Below, piece by piece: positions 26,617 through 35,626 of a stretch of DNA of 64,000 nt. The DNA comes from an uncultured Candidatus Saccharibacteria bacterium (GTDB lineage: Bacteria; Patescibacteriota; Minisyncoccia; Phycocordibacterales; UBA918), in contig CAYGJY010000002.1 in NCBI GenBank assembly GCA_964350645.1, positions 340,936 to 404,935 of the forward strand, given 5' to 3'. A program made the translations under genes and the position numbers. Every line of letters begins with the position of its first letter. Position 1 is the stretch's first letter. The notes below the pieces were generated by a model. The model did not search any database. It was not told the origin of the DNA and saw only the letters and a program-made list of their open reading frames with translations.

Positions 26617-27645
26617 ATGAAGAAAGATCTCCGACCACGTGAAGAACAAAAGGCAGCTGTTGGTACTGACGGTATTCCGCGAGTTACCTTGTCATTTTAT
26701 AAATATGTCCACTTCGCCAGCCCAGAAGCGGTGCGTACAGAGCTTGTGGAGCGTTTTGGGGGTCTAGGTTGCTTAGGACGGATCTATGTTGCTCACGAGG
26801 GGATTAACGCGCAAATGAACGTTCCGGCGGAGCAGTTTGGACAGTTCCAGGCGTATTTAAAATCACGTGAATGGGGACGTGATATTCCTTTGAAGATCGC
26901 AGTTGAAGAAGGTGAGGCGCCGTCGTTTTATAAACTTACGATTAAGGTGCGGCCAAAGATCGTGGCTGATGGTCTTGATGACGCTAGTTTTGATGTGACT
27001 GATACTGGTGCGTATCTGACCGCACGTGAGATCAACGAGTACGTTGATGATCCTGAGGCAGTTGTAGTAGATATGCGCAATGCCTATGAAAGTGAAGTGG
27101 GACATTTTGAAGGCGCGGTGACACCAGATGTTGATACCTTTCGCGAAGAGTTGGCAGTTGCACCGGAGCTGCTAAAAATCCACAAGAACAAAAAGATTGC
27201 CCTCTACTGTACTGGCGGGATTCGCTGCGAGAAGGCCAGCGCCTGGTTGAAACACAATGGCTATACCGATGTACGACATCTCAAAGGTGGCATTATCGAC
27301 TACAAACACCAGGTTGAGCGAGAGGGTTTACCTAATAAATTTAAAGGCAAAAACTTCGTTTTTGATGAACGTCTCGGAGAGCGGATTGGTACTGAAATAA
27401 TTTCAGTCTGTCACCTGTGTAGTTCGGAAAAAAGTGATACCCATTATCATTGCAAGAACCAAGCCTGTCACGCGCTCTTTTTGGGTTGCGATCGATGTAT
27501 GAAACACAAGCGCGGTTATTGCTCGTATGTCTGTATGGCTTTTGACCAGTTGCCCAAATCAGCCAAGAAGTTGTTGACGCGGAAGAATTACATCCATAAA
27601 CCAGATCAATTCAAGAAACATCGCTTACGTAAGCGTATTGGGTAA
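26617..27645 (+). CDS. trhO: rhodanese-domain protein of the UPF0176/YceA (tRNA U34 hydroxylase TrhO-like) family
   Basis: Rhodanese active-site loop LYCTGGIRCEKASAWL. About 340 aa with an N-terminal alpha/beta domain and a Cys-rich C-terminus (CHLCSSEKSDTHYHCKNQAC…CDRC), the YceA architecture. Confidence 0.65.
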   Translation: MKKDLRPREEQKAAVGTDGIPRVTLSFYKYVHFASPEAVRTELVERFGGLGCLGRIYVAHEGINAQMNVPAEQFGQFQAYLKSREWGRDIPLKIAVEEGEAPSFYKLTIKVRPKIVADGLDDASFDVTDTGAYLTAREINEYVDDPEAVVVDMRNAYESEVGHFEGAVTPDVDTFREELAVAPELLKIHKNKKIALYCTGGIRCEKASAWLKHNGYTDVRHLKGGIIDYKHQVEREGLPNKFKGKNFVFDERLGERIGTEIISVCHLCSSEKSDTHYHCKNQACHALFLGCDRCMKHKRGYCSYVCMAFDQLPKSAKKLLTRKNYIHKPDQFKKHRLRKRIG

Positions 27646-27653
27646 GAGAAGTA

Positions 27654-27686
27654 AAACAGCCGGCGCCAAAGGCGCCGGCTGTTTTG
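27654..27686. terminator. rho-independent terminator (gccggcgcc-aaa-ggcgccggc + TGTTTTGTG)
   Basis: Perfect 9-bp GC stem flanked by aaaaca / tgtttt. Confidence 0.65.
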
Positions 27687-27807
27687 TGTGAGGCCAGGAC
27701 GAGATTCTTTCATTACATGAACAGTGTAGGTTGTCGCTTTACAAGCAGGCAACCTTTTCGAATCTCTTGGCCAAAATAAAACCACACTAACGTGCAGTTT
27801 TACTTTG

Positions 27808-27880
27808 AGGCCAGGACGAGATTCGAACCCGTGCGTGTCGGTTTTGCAAACCGATGCGTTAACCACTTCGCCACCTGGCC
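27808..27880 (-). tRNA. tRNA-Cys (anticodon GCA)
   Basis: Minus-strand cloverleaf GGCCAGGTGGCGAAGTGGTTAACGCATCGGTTTGCAAAACCGACACGCACGGGTTCGAATCTCGTCCTGGCCT. U73 discriminator as expected for Cys. Confidence 0.85.
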
Positions 27881-27949
27881 TAGTGCAGGATACTGTAGCA
27901 TTTTACCCTTACATCACCAAGCATTTGTGCTATGATTGCACCCACTCTT

Positions 27950-28034
27950 GCCCGGGTGGTGGAATCGGTAGACACGAGGGACTTAAAATCCCTTGCCTTA
28001 AAACAGCGTGCGGGTTCAAGTCCCGCCCCGGGCA
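27950..28034 (+). tRNA. tRNA-Leu (anticodon TAA), type II with long variable arm
   Basis: GCCCGGGTGGTGGAATCGGTAGACACGAGGGACTTAAAATCCC… T-arm GCGGGTTCAAGTCCCGC, acceptor CCCGGGC-A. Confidence 0.85.
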
Positions 28035-28086
28035 CAAAAGTCTTGTTTTAGAGACTTTTATACGGTAGACTCAGGGCCACAAATAT

Positions 28087-28159
28087 CCGCCCTTAGCTCA
28101 GTTGGTAGAGCAGCTCCCTCTTAAGGAGATGGTCCTAGGTTCGAGCCCTAGAGGGCGGA
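28087..28159 (+). tRNA. tRNA-Lys (anticodon CTT)
   Basis: CCGCCCT-TA-GCTCAGTTGGTAGAGC-A-GCTCC-CTCTTAA-GGAGA-TGGTC-CTAGGTTCGAGCCCTAG-AGGGCGG-A. Unusual C1:G72 first pair. Confidence 0.8.
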
Positions 28160-28178
28160 CAACAATCGAATATATTGT

Positions 28179-28260
28179 GCGGGTGTGGCGGAATTGGTAG
28201 ACGCGCTAGTTTTAGGCACTAGTGGAGCAATCTGTGGAGGTTCAAGTCCTCTCGCCCGCA
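28179..28260 (+). tRNA. tRNA-Leu (anticodon TAG), type II
   Basis: GCGGGTGTGGCGGAATTGGTAGACGCGCTAGTTTTAGGCACTAG… T-arm GGAGGTTCAAGTCCTCT, acceptor CGCCCGC-A. Confidence 0.85.
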
Positions 28261-28339
28261 CAGTGTATTTGATTTTGGCAGGCAAGCTGCTGACGACGAG
28301 GGCATCAGTCGATGCGCTACGTGATTATTCTCTCCCAGT

Positions 28340-28897
28340 ATGAAAAAAATAATTTGGGTTTTTGGTAACGCTGCAGTTGGAAAAGAGTCTTTCATTAGGT
28401 GCCTAGTACAGTCACATGATGGACAGATATATTCTAGTGTTGGTATCGTTACAAATTCTATTACTGTTATTGAAGAGAGCATAAGTTGGGTTGCTTACGA
28501 ACCAGAGCATCCAACGAAAGGCTTGAGGCTAACGTTGCCTGATGTACTACGTGCGCGGTGTCAGGCGTCAGCAACTGACGATGCTACCTTTGTACTTAAG
28601 GGTCAGTTTGTTGATCTTGAAGCAAAACTGCCCGAAATAACAAAACACCTACTCCCAGAGGCTGAGCATACTATTGTGTATCTTGATGCATCACCAACCG
28701 ATATTTTTGCCAGGTTAAAAACTAAGTCGTGGTTCAAAGAATCTTTTACAATTGAGCGTGTTAGGAGACTGCTCCGTTACGAAGTGGGTCTACTCAAAAA
28801 GGTGCAGCAGACAGTTCCGATTACCGTGGTGGAATCAGGTAACGACTTTACGTATCGAGTAAAAAATACACCTGAAAATATTTCAGAGTATTATTAG
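28340..28897 (+). CDS. P-loop NTPase of unknown function (putative small kinase/ATPase)
   Basis: Walker A VFGNAAVGKES at the N-terminus. 185 aa. Confidence 0.5.
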   Translation: MKKIIWVFGNAAVGKESFIRCLVQSHDGQIYSSVGIVTNSITVIEESISWVAYEPEHPTKGLRLTLPDVLRARCQASATDDATFVLKGQFVDLEAKLPEITKHLLPEAEHTIVYLDASPTDIFARLKTKSWFKESFTIERVRRLLRYEVGLLKKVQQTVPITVVESGNDFTYRVKNTPENISEYY

Positions 28898-29268
28898 TTT
28901 TTATCAGTGGGTTTTAAGCCTTCAAACGTTGACTCAATTCCGGCTTCTTGGACTAACTCATCGATGTGTTGACGGTGGCGTTCGCCAGCATCAAGCATGA
29001 ACTCTAAGTGAGGGATGATCTTCAAGTCACTTTTCTTTTTTATAAAATGTCGGAGTTCTTTGGCGTTGCGCTGAAGAAAGATTTGAGCGTCTGCTTCACG
29101 ACCTTCGGGCAGTGTAGTAAACATAATCGACACTTTACGATAGTCGGGTGACGTCGATACGTTCGTGATGGTAATTAGAGGATCGGTGTTGGCTTCGTGT
29201 TGGATGAAGGTCGCAGCCATTTCACGGATGAGGGATTCAACTCGCTGGTGTCGGTCTGAAGCGGGCAT
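28894..29268 (-). CDS. rbfA: ribosome-binding factor A
   Basis: …RVESLIREMAATFIQHEANTDPLITITNVSTSPDYRKVSIMFT… is the RbfA KH-like pattern. Immediately downstream of infB. Confidence 0.8.
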   Translation of the reverse strand: MPASDRHQRVESLIREMAATFIQHEANTDPLITITNVSTSPDYRKVSIMFTTLPEGREADAQIFLQRNAKELRHFIKKKSDLKIIPHLEFMLDAGERHRQHIDELVQEAGIESTFEGLKPTDKN

Positions 29269-29270
29269 AC

Positions 29271-30770
29271 TTAGGTAATGACGAGGTCAAATCCTTCGAT
29301 AATATCACCCGGAGCGAGCGGTACTTTGGCTTCGATCTGCATACCAAATTCACCGTCTTTAATTTCTTGGATGTCAGACTTCATTTGTTGGAGATTTGAG
29401 ATCACTCCTTTGCCAACTTCGATATCACGGCGCATGATGCGAACTGTTTGTTTAAGTTTAAGTGAACCTTCTTCAACTCGGCCACCAAGTACGTGGGTAT
29501 TTTTTTGGGTACTAAAGTACTTAATGATTTTTGCTTTTCCGGTCAAAATTTCCTCTTCGACTTTTGGAGTTCGGTTTTTGAGAGCAGTATTGAGCCATTC
29601 AGAAAGTTCGTAAATAATATCGAAGGTATCAATCTCTACTCCTTGGCGCTCGGCGAGGTCGGCTGCAGCGCGTTCGACTTTGACGTTAAAACCAACAATG
29701 ATCGCTTCTTTAGTGGCGCTCACGTTCTGCACGTCGGCAACATTGATATCGCCAACACCACTGTCGATTACTCGGACAGCAATCCGGTCTGATTCAAACT
29801 TATCGAGTTCGTGTTGGATTGCTTCGATAGTTCCTGATACGTCAGCTTTGATCAAGATCGGAATTGTTGGTAGTTTCGAGCGAACAGCCTTTTCGGTTGT
29901 GGTGTTGGTGGCGGCTTCAGTGATGAGGCGTTCAGCCTCTTTTTTGTTGTCGACAGTAATAAAAGTATCACCAACATTAGGAATTTCGTTGAAGCCAACA
30001 ATACCAGCTGGTTCTGAGAGAGATGCTTCTTTGATGGTTTTGCCATTGAAGTCTTCCATGATGCGAACTGGAGAAGAAGCTGTACCAGAAACAATAAAAC
30101 TACCACTTTTCAGGGTGCCGTTTTTGATGAGGAGGGTCGCGGTATTGCCGCGCTTGCTGTCCATATGGGCTTCGATAATTTGACCAGTAGCTGAAGCGTT
30201 GATGTCACCAGTCAGTTCAGCGAGATCAGCGGCCAGAATGACAACGTCTAAGAGATCATCAATTCCATCACCAGCTTTGGCTGAGATTGGTACCCACGGG
30301 ATGTCACCACCCATACCTTCAATGTAGATTTCATGTTCAATCAGACTTGCTTGGGTCTTGGCAATATCAGCACCCGGTTTGTCGATTTTGTTGATCGCGA
30401 CGATGTAAGGGATCTCGGCTTGCTGAATGCTCTTAAGGGCTTCAAGCGTTTGGGTTTTGACGCCGTCTTCAGCAGATACAATCAAAATGGCTACGTCAGC
30501 AACATCAGCTCCTCGCAAGCGCATCTTCTGAAAGGCTTCGTGACCGGGGGTGTCAAGGAAGGTGATGCGCTCGTTAGCGCCATCTTTAGTAGTATGTTCG
30601 ACGACGTACGCAGAGAGGTGTTGGGTAATGCCCCCAGCCTCACCATCAACCACATTGCTTTTACGGATGGTATCGAGCAGGGTTGATTTGCCGTGGTCAA
30701 TATGACCCATAATAACTACGACTGGCGGCCGTTTGACAATATTTGGTTGTGCGGTTTTTTTCTTAGCCAT
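29271..30770 (-). CDS. infB: translation initiation factor IF-2 (short form, G-domain to C-terminus only)
   Basis: [16 protein letters not shown] (G1), DTPGHEAF (G3), NKID (G4). 499 aa. Confidence 0.9.
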   Translation of the reverse strand: MAKKKTAQPNIVKRPPVVVIMGHIDHGKSTLLDTIRKSNVVDGEAGGITQHLSAYVVEHTTKDGANERITFLDTPGHEAFQKMRLRGADVADVAILIVSAEDGVKTQTLEALKSIQQAEIPYIVAINKIDKPGADIAKTQASLIEHEIYIEGMGGDIPWVPISAKAGDGIDDLLDVVILAADLAELTGDINASATGQIIEAHMDSKRGNTATLLIKNGTLKSGSFIVSGTASSPVRIMEDFNGKTIKEASLSEPAGIVGFNEIPNVGDTFITVDNKKEAERLITEAATNTTTEKAVRSKLPTIPILIKADVSGTIEAIQHELDKFESDRIAVRVIDSGVGDINVADVQNVSATKEAIIVGFNVKVERAAADLAERQGVEIDTFDIIYELSEWLNTALKNRTPKVEEEILTGKAKIIKYFSTQKNTHVLGGRVEEGSLKLKQTVRIMRRDIEVGKGVISNLQQMKSDIQEIKDGEFGMQIEAKVPLAPGDIIEGFDLVIT

Positions 30771-30868
30771 AACGTTAGTTTCTCTAATGAAAAACGCCTC
30801 GAGTGGGCGGATAGAGAATTAGGTGGCAGTGATTATAACAGATATTTACAGTTTTTCCAGGGTGTGAC

Positions 30869-32110
30869 ATGATGCTGGCAATGATTTCATGGCTTAAAAG
30901 CAGGTTGGTAAAAAAGAACGCACAGCGGATTTATTTAGACTTTGCCGCCACGACACCAGTGAGTGGAGAAGTGAAAGCTGCCATGCAGCCGTATTTTTCG
31001 GAGATATATGGAAATCCAAGTGCGGTGCATCGCGAAGGTGTGGCCAGTAAGATGGCAATTGAAGACGCGCGGACGTCGCTCGGGCGGACCCTGCGGGTCC
31101 GCCCGAGCGACGTCGTCTTTACTTCTGGCGGTACCGAGAGCAATAATCTGGCGATGTACGGTACACTCCGTCATATAATTAGTGCAGGGGGAAAATATAG
31201 TGACCTCGAAGTGATCACTACCCGAATCGAACATCCATCTATTTCAGAAGTAATGAATGATCTTGTGGAGCTGGGTGTGCAGGTGTCCTATCTTGATGTT
31301 GATGAAGAGGGTCTTATTAATCCGCAGCAGCTAGAGACACTTTTGAATCCACACGTAGCTTTAGTGACGTTAGCGTATGTAAACAGTGAGGTCGGTGTGA
31401 TTCAGCCAGTTCGTCACCTAGCGCGCGTTATTAAGGCGTTCAATCAGGAAAATGGTACGAAGGTGTGTTTGCATCTTGATGCCTGCCAAGCACCGCTGTG
31501 GTTGCCAGTGCAACTCGACAGTCTTGGATGTGATTTGCTGAGTCTTGATGCCGGGAAGTGTTATGGTCCAAAAGGAGTGGGTGTCCTGGCAAAGCGTCAC
31601 CATGTTGCTCTGGCACCGACGATGCTCGGTGGTAGTCAAGAAGGTGGTTTGCGGGCTGGGACTGAGAACGTACCGTTAGTCATCGGCTCTGCGATAGCAC
31701 TCAACAAAGCTCAGTCGCAATGTGAAATCAATCAAGCCAAGATAAGCCAGTTGCGTGACTATATGATTGAAAGCTTGCAGCGGGCACTACCTGACTGCGT
31801 TGTTAATGGCTCACGGGTAGACCGGGTAGCTAATAACGTCAATATTTCAATTCCTGGAATCGACACAGAGTTCGCTGTGATCTCACTTGACGTCGCTGGA
31901 GTGGCTGCGAGTACTAAGAGTGCCTGTAGTGGAGCTGATGGGGGAGGATCGACTGTGGTTCGTGTTATGACAGGCGATGAGGTTCGGGCACATTCGACTA
32001 TTCGTTTTTCGCTTGGAACCCTTACTACTAAAGCTGAAATCGACACTGCAGTGTCGATTCTACAGGCTCACGTTAAGCAGATGCAGACGTTCCAAAAAAC
32101 TTTGACTTAG
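30869..32110 (+). CDS. cysteine desulfurase (aminotransferase class V, NifS/IscS-like)
   Basis: IYLDFAATTP N-terminus, PLP-lysine region, active-site Cys near …SACSGADGG…. Confidence 0.8.
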   Translation: MMLAMISWLKSRLVKKNAQRIYLDFAATTPVSGEVKAAMQPYFSEIYGNPSAVHREGVASKMAIEDARTSLGRTLRVRPSDVVFTSGGTESNNLAMYGTLRHIISAGGKYSDLEVITTRIEHPSISEVMNDLVELGVQVSYLDVDEEGLINPQQLETLLNPHVALVTLAYVNSEVGVIQPVRHLARVIKAFNQENGTKVCLHLDACQAPLWLPVQLDSLGCDLLSLDAGKCYGPKGVGVLAKRHHVALAPTMLGGSQEGGLRAGTENVPLVIGSAIALNKAQSQCEINQAKISQLRDYMIESLQRALPDCVVNGSRVDRVANNVNISIPGIDTEFAVISLDVAGVAASTKSACSGADGGGSTVVRVMTGDEVRAHSTIRFSLGTLTTKAEIDTAVSILQAHVKQMQTFQKTLT

Positions 32111-32229
32111 AGCTACATTTATTGCAATATAACTCTATACGATCCGTATGAAAAGGTACGACAGTTTTGCAGCTACCGACCGATGATCCGTCCCGAGGTG
32201 TCGTATAATGAGTCTAATAATATTGAACT

Positions 32230-34932
32230 ATGCCTAATTTTCACAACTTTACATCCCGGGCAAAAGAAGCAATTCGGAAAGCCCATGAACTAGCCATCGA
32301 ACGTGGTCAGAACCATGTCAGCCCAGTACATTTACTCACTGCCTTGGCAATGCAAGATGAAAGTACAGTGATCTCAGTACTCGATCGTCTTGATATCGAC
32401 ATTATTGTTTTTACTGACTTACTGATTGAGGCACTCGAAGGTCCAGAAATGAATTCAACTGTCTCGCAGTCGTATCAGCTGTACCTAACACCTGAGCTCG
32501 CTAAGGCGCTTGAGCACTCAGGCCGTGTGGCTGAGCAACTCGGTGACTCCTATGTTGGAGTGGAGCACCTTTTCTTAGCTGCGCTCGAATACCCAGGACC
32601 AGCTGTCGAAGTGTTGCAACGGTCTAACATAGACAAGACTCAAGTAGCCTCAACCCTGCAAGAGATCCGTGATAACAACATTACTGACGCAACGTCACCA
32701 AAGAAGTATCGAGCACTAGCTAAGTACACTAGAAACCTCACTAAGTTGGCGCAAGATAATAAACTTGACCCAGTAATCGGGCGCGACGTGGAGGTGCAGC
32801 GTGTAATTCAGATTCTTTCTCGACGCACGAAGAACAATCCCGTCTTGATTGGAGAAGCTGGTGTGGGGAAGACAGCGATTGCTGAAGGATTAGCTCAACA
32901 GATCGTCCAAGGACAGGTTCCGGAGTCAGTCAAAGAGAAAGAGATCTTATCGCTCGACCTGGGACTCTTGGTAGCGGGGACAAAGTTTCGCGGTGAGTTT
33001 GAAGAGCGTTTGAAGGCAGTTATGAAAGAGATCGAACAGTCAGAAGGTTCCATTATTCTGTTTATTGATGAGCTTCACACAATTGTGGGTGCTGGTCAGG
33101 CTGAAGGTTCAATGGACGCCAGTAATATGCTGAAGCCTGCTCTGGCGCGCGGTGAAATGCGGGTAATTGGTGCGACAACACTCAAGGAATACCAAAAGCA
33201 CATCGAACGTGATCCAGCACTGACACGTCGCTTCCAGCCAGTATTTGTGAATGAACCAAGTCAGGAAGACGCGGTTGCAATTTTGCGTGGGATTGCTGAA
33301 AAGTACGAACTCTTCCACGGCGTGCGGATTACTGATGATGCGATTGTTTCAGCAGTTGATTTGTCGATGCGTTATATCACTGATCGATTCTTACCGGATA
33401 AGGCAGTGGATTTGATTGATGAGGCTGCATCAGCTCTACGTATTTCGCTTGAGAACAAGCCTGAAGAATTGGTGGTGTCTGACCGACAGATCCGTCGTCT
33501 CGAAATTGAAAAAGAAGCGTTGAAGAAGGAGTTGGAAACTAGTGATCAAAAGAAACGACTACAAGATCGTTTAAAAGAAATTGATGCTGAGATTGGTGAG
33601 CTTAAAGAAAAAACCAAAGCTCTTGAAACGAAGTGGAATAATGAAAAAGAAGCGCTCGGGGAGATCAGCCGTTTGAAAAAAGAACTCGAAGAACTCCGAC
33701 TCGAAGCAGAATCAGCCGAAGCGATCGCTGACTTAACCCGAGCCGCAGAAATCCGTTACGACACAATTCCAGCTGTGCAGAAAGAGCTCGAACAAAAAAC
33801 CAAACGTTTGAAGAAACTCCAGCGCAGCCGACGACTGCTCAAAGAAGAAATTACAGAAGAAGATATTGCCCTCGTTGTCTCACGGTGGACTGGTATTCCA
33901 GTGATGCGGATGCTTGAAGAAGAAGCGGAAAAGCTATCACGGATGGAGGAAGAGCTGCATACTCGCGTAGTTGGGCAAGATCAGGCAGTCAAATTGGTAG
34001 CAGATGCAGTCAAGCGCTCACGCGCTGGTATTGCCGACCCAAACCGACCAATTGGTTCGTTTCTCTTCCTCGGACCAACGGGTGTTGGAAAGACTGAACT
34101 TTCAAAAGCTTTGGCTGAGTTTATGTTTGATGATCCGGATGCACTCTTGCGGATTGATATGTCTGAGTTTATGGAGAAACATTCAGTCTCAAAGATCATT
34201 GGGTCTCCACCAGGTTACGTTGGCCACGAAGAGGGCGGTACGATTACTGAACGGGTCCGCCGTCGACCGTATTCAGTTATCTTACTCGACGAGATTGAAA
34301 AAGCTCATCCTGAAGTCTTCAATATCCTTCTCCAAGTGCTTGATTCAGGTCATCTTACCGACGCGAAAGGTCGCAAGATCAACTTTAAGAATACGATCAT
34401 TATCATGACCTCAAACATTGGTGCCGAACATATCGATCGGATGTCGAGTTTTGGTTTCAGTATCGACAAGGATGAAGAGGCTGAGTATGGTCAGGCTAAA
34501 GACAAGGTAATGGAAAGTCTCAAGTCGTTCTTCCGTCCGGAATTCTTGAACCGTCTCGATGAAACAATTATCTTCGATATTCTCTCACCAGAGACTATCG
34601 CTGAGATTGTGAAGATGCAAGTTGGTGAAGTGCAGAAGCGCTTAGCGCAGAAGGAGATTGATCTTTCGGTCAATAAGGAAGTCTTAGCGTATCTCACTAA
34701 GGAAGGGTATGATCCAAAGTTTGGGGCTCGTCCTTTGAAGCGTGTTATCCAAAGTAAAATCCTCACCCCAGTGGCTAACATGATGGTGGGTGAAGGGATG
34801 CTGCAAGGTGGGACAGTCAAGGTGGCAATGAAGAAGGGTGAACTCGACTTCGATATTAAAAAGAAAGCTCGCAGACGCTCTACCGCTGCCAAAAAGACCG
34901 TTGCAAAGAAACGTGAAGCAGTAGCAGCTTAG
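32230..34932 (+). CDS. clpB: ATP-dependent chaperone ClpB
   Basis: Clp N-domain repeats. AAA-1 [15 protein letters not shown]. Long coiled-coil M-domain. AAA-2 [15 protein letters not shown] plus sensor-2 GARPLKR. Lys/Arg-rich C-terminal tail. Confidence 0.95.
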   Translation: MPNFHNFTSRAKEAIRKAHELAIERGQNHVSPVHLLTALAMQDESTVISVLDRLDIDIIVFTDLLIEALEGPEMNSTVSQSYQLYLTPELAKALEHSGRVAEQLGDSYVGVEHLFLAALEYPGPAVEVLQRSNIDKTQVASTLQEIRDNNITDATSPKKYRALAKYTRNLTKLAQDNKLDPVIGRDVEVQRVIQILSRRTKNNPVLIGEAGVGKTAIAEGLAQQIVQGQVPESVKEKEILSLDLGLLVAGTKFRGEFEERLKAVMKEIEQSEGSIILFIDELHTIVGAGQAEGSMDASNMLKPALARGEMRVIGATTLKEYQKHIERDPALTRRFQPVFVNEPSQEDAVAILRGIAEKYELFHGVRITDDAIVSAVDLSMRYITDRFLPDKAVDLIDEAASALRISLENKPEELVVSDRQIRRLEIEKEALKKELETSDQKKRLQDRLKEIDAEIGELKEKTKALETKWNNEKEALGEISRLKKELEELRLEAESAEAIADLTRAAEIRYDTIPAVQKELEQKTKRLKKLQRSRRLLKEEITEEDIALVVSRWTGIPVMRMLEEEAEKLSRMEEELHTRVVGQDQAVKLVADAVKRSRAGIADPNRPIGSFLFLGPTGVGKTELSKALAEFMFDDPDALLRIDMSEFMEKHSVSKIIGSPPGYVGHEEGGTITERVRRRPYSVILLDEIEKAHPEVFNILLQVLDSGHLTDAKGRKINFKNTIIIMTSNIGAEHIDRMSSFGFSIDKDEEAEYGQAKDKVMESLKSFFRPEFLNRLDETIIFDILSPETIAEIVKMQVGEVQKRLAQKEIDLSVNKEVLAYLTKEGYDPKFGARPLKRVIQSKILTPVANMMVGEGMLQGGTVKVAMKKGELDFDIKKKARRRSTAAKKTVAKKREAVAA

Positions 34933-34954
34933 AGATAACTCTGATAAAAGACAC

Positions 34955-34986
34955 AAAAAACTGGCTTGAAAGAGCCAGTTTTTTGT
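34955..34986. terminator. rho-independent terminator after clpB (aaaaaactggct-tgaaag-agccagtttttt)
   Basis: Perfect stem plus T6. Confidence 0.7.
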
Positions 34987-35146
34987 GTCTGCCTGTGCGC
35001 TGAGATGGAGGCGGTTCGACAACTTTGTGTAGTTTGAATTTGCTAATCAACAGCCCAAACCTTCCTTCAAAGTAAATATAAGAGATAATAAACATAAGAG
35101 CTTGATTACATTTGGGGTAGTCCCTGGAAGGACATACCCCGCTTCG

Positions 35147-35305
35147 CTATCGTCGGTGCTTTGTAGCATCGGCGAGAGTGAAGGTACGAGCTTTACCCCT
35201 GTAAGGAGGAACACGTTCACCTTTGGTGAGCGTGATTTCATATTTCGTACCATTCACACGATACTGGCCACTCTTTGGCGCAGTACCACCAGTCTTAGTA
35301 GACAT
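35147..35305 (-). CDS. candidate small ORF (52 aa, MSTKTGGTAPKSGQYRVNGTKYEITLTKGERVPPYRGKARTFTLADATKHRR)
   Basis: Found by manual translation (below the track cutoff). Basic and beta-rich. No SD sequence. Confidence 0.2.
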   Translation of the reverse strand: MSTKTGGTAPKSGQYRVNGTKYEITLTKGERVPPYRGKARTFTLADATKHRR

Positions 35306-35479
35306 AATGATGTGTAAATTACGGATTGATAATCTAACCGCCCTCGACAGGGACGGCCAGTTGTCATCCGTGTATCGAGAACAGATTATCTATTCCTGTG
35401 GAGAGACACCCCCAAATGCAATCAAAGTGCAATTCTGTAACTATTATACCAATATTAGTTACAAATAACATTTCAACAT

Positions 35480-35623
35480 ATGTCGATTTCAAAAGATGCA
35501 GCCGATGAGTTCAAGCGAATTCATAAAGAGAAGTACGATGCAGAGCTTGCTGGTGCAGGAAAACTCATGTCATCGCGGTATCTCCATGACTGGACTTGCT
35601 GTGATATGCGCGTAAAATCTTAA
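35480..35623 (+). CDS. candidate 47-aa upstream ORF translationally coupled to the 1265-aa gene (MSISKDAADEFKRIHKEKYDAELAGAGKLMSSRYLHDWTCCDMRVKS)
   Basis: ATG to TAA ending 4 nt before the ATG of 35627. Below the track cutoff. Confidence 0.25.
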   Translation: MSISKDAADEFKRIHKEKYDAELAGAGKLMSSRYLHDWTCCDMRVKS

Positions 35624-35626
35624 CTA

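Noticed and set aside
27606-28068. Track ORFs 27606..27866 (-) and 27805..28068 (+)
   Set aside because: They overlap tRNA-Cys and tRNA-Leu(TAA) on the coding and antisense strands. They are stop-free read-through of structured RNA genes.
34990-35100. ggaggcggttcgacaac as a possible tRNA-fragment attR at the left end of the element
   Set aside because: Only the generic GGTTCGA T-loop heptamer is shared with tRNA-Tyr. Serine recombinases do not generate long direct repeats, so no boundary repeat is expected or supported.
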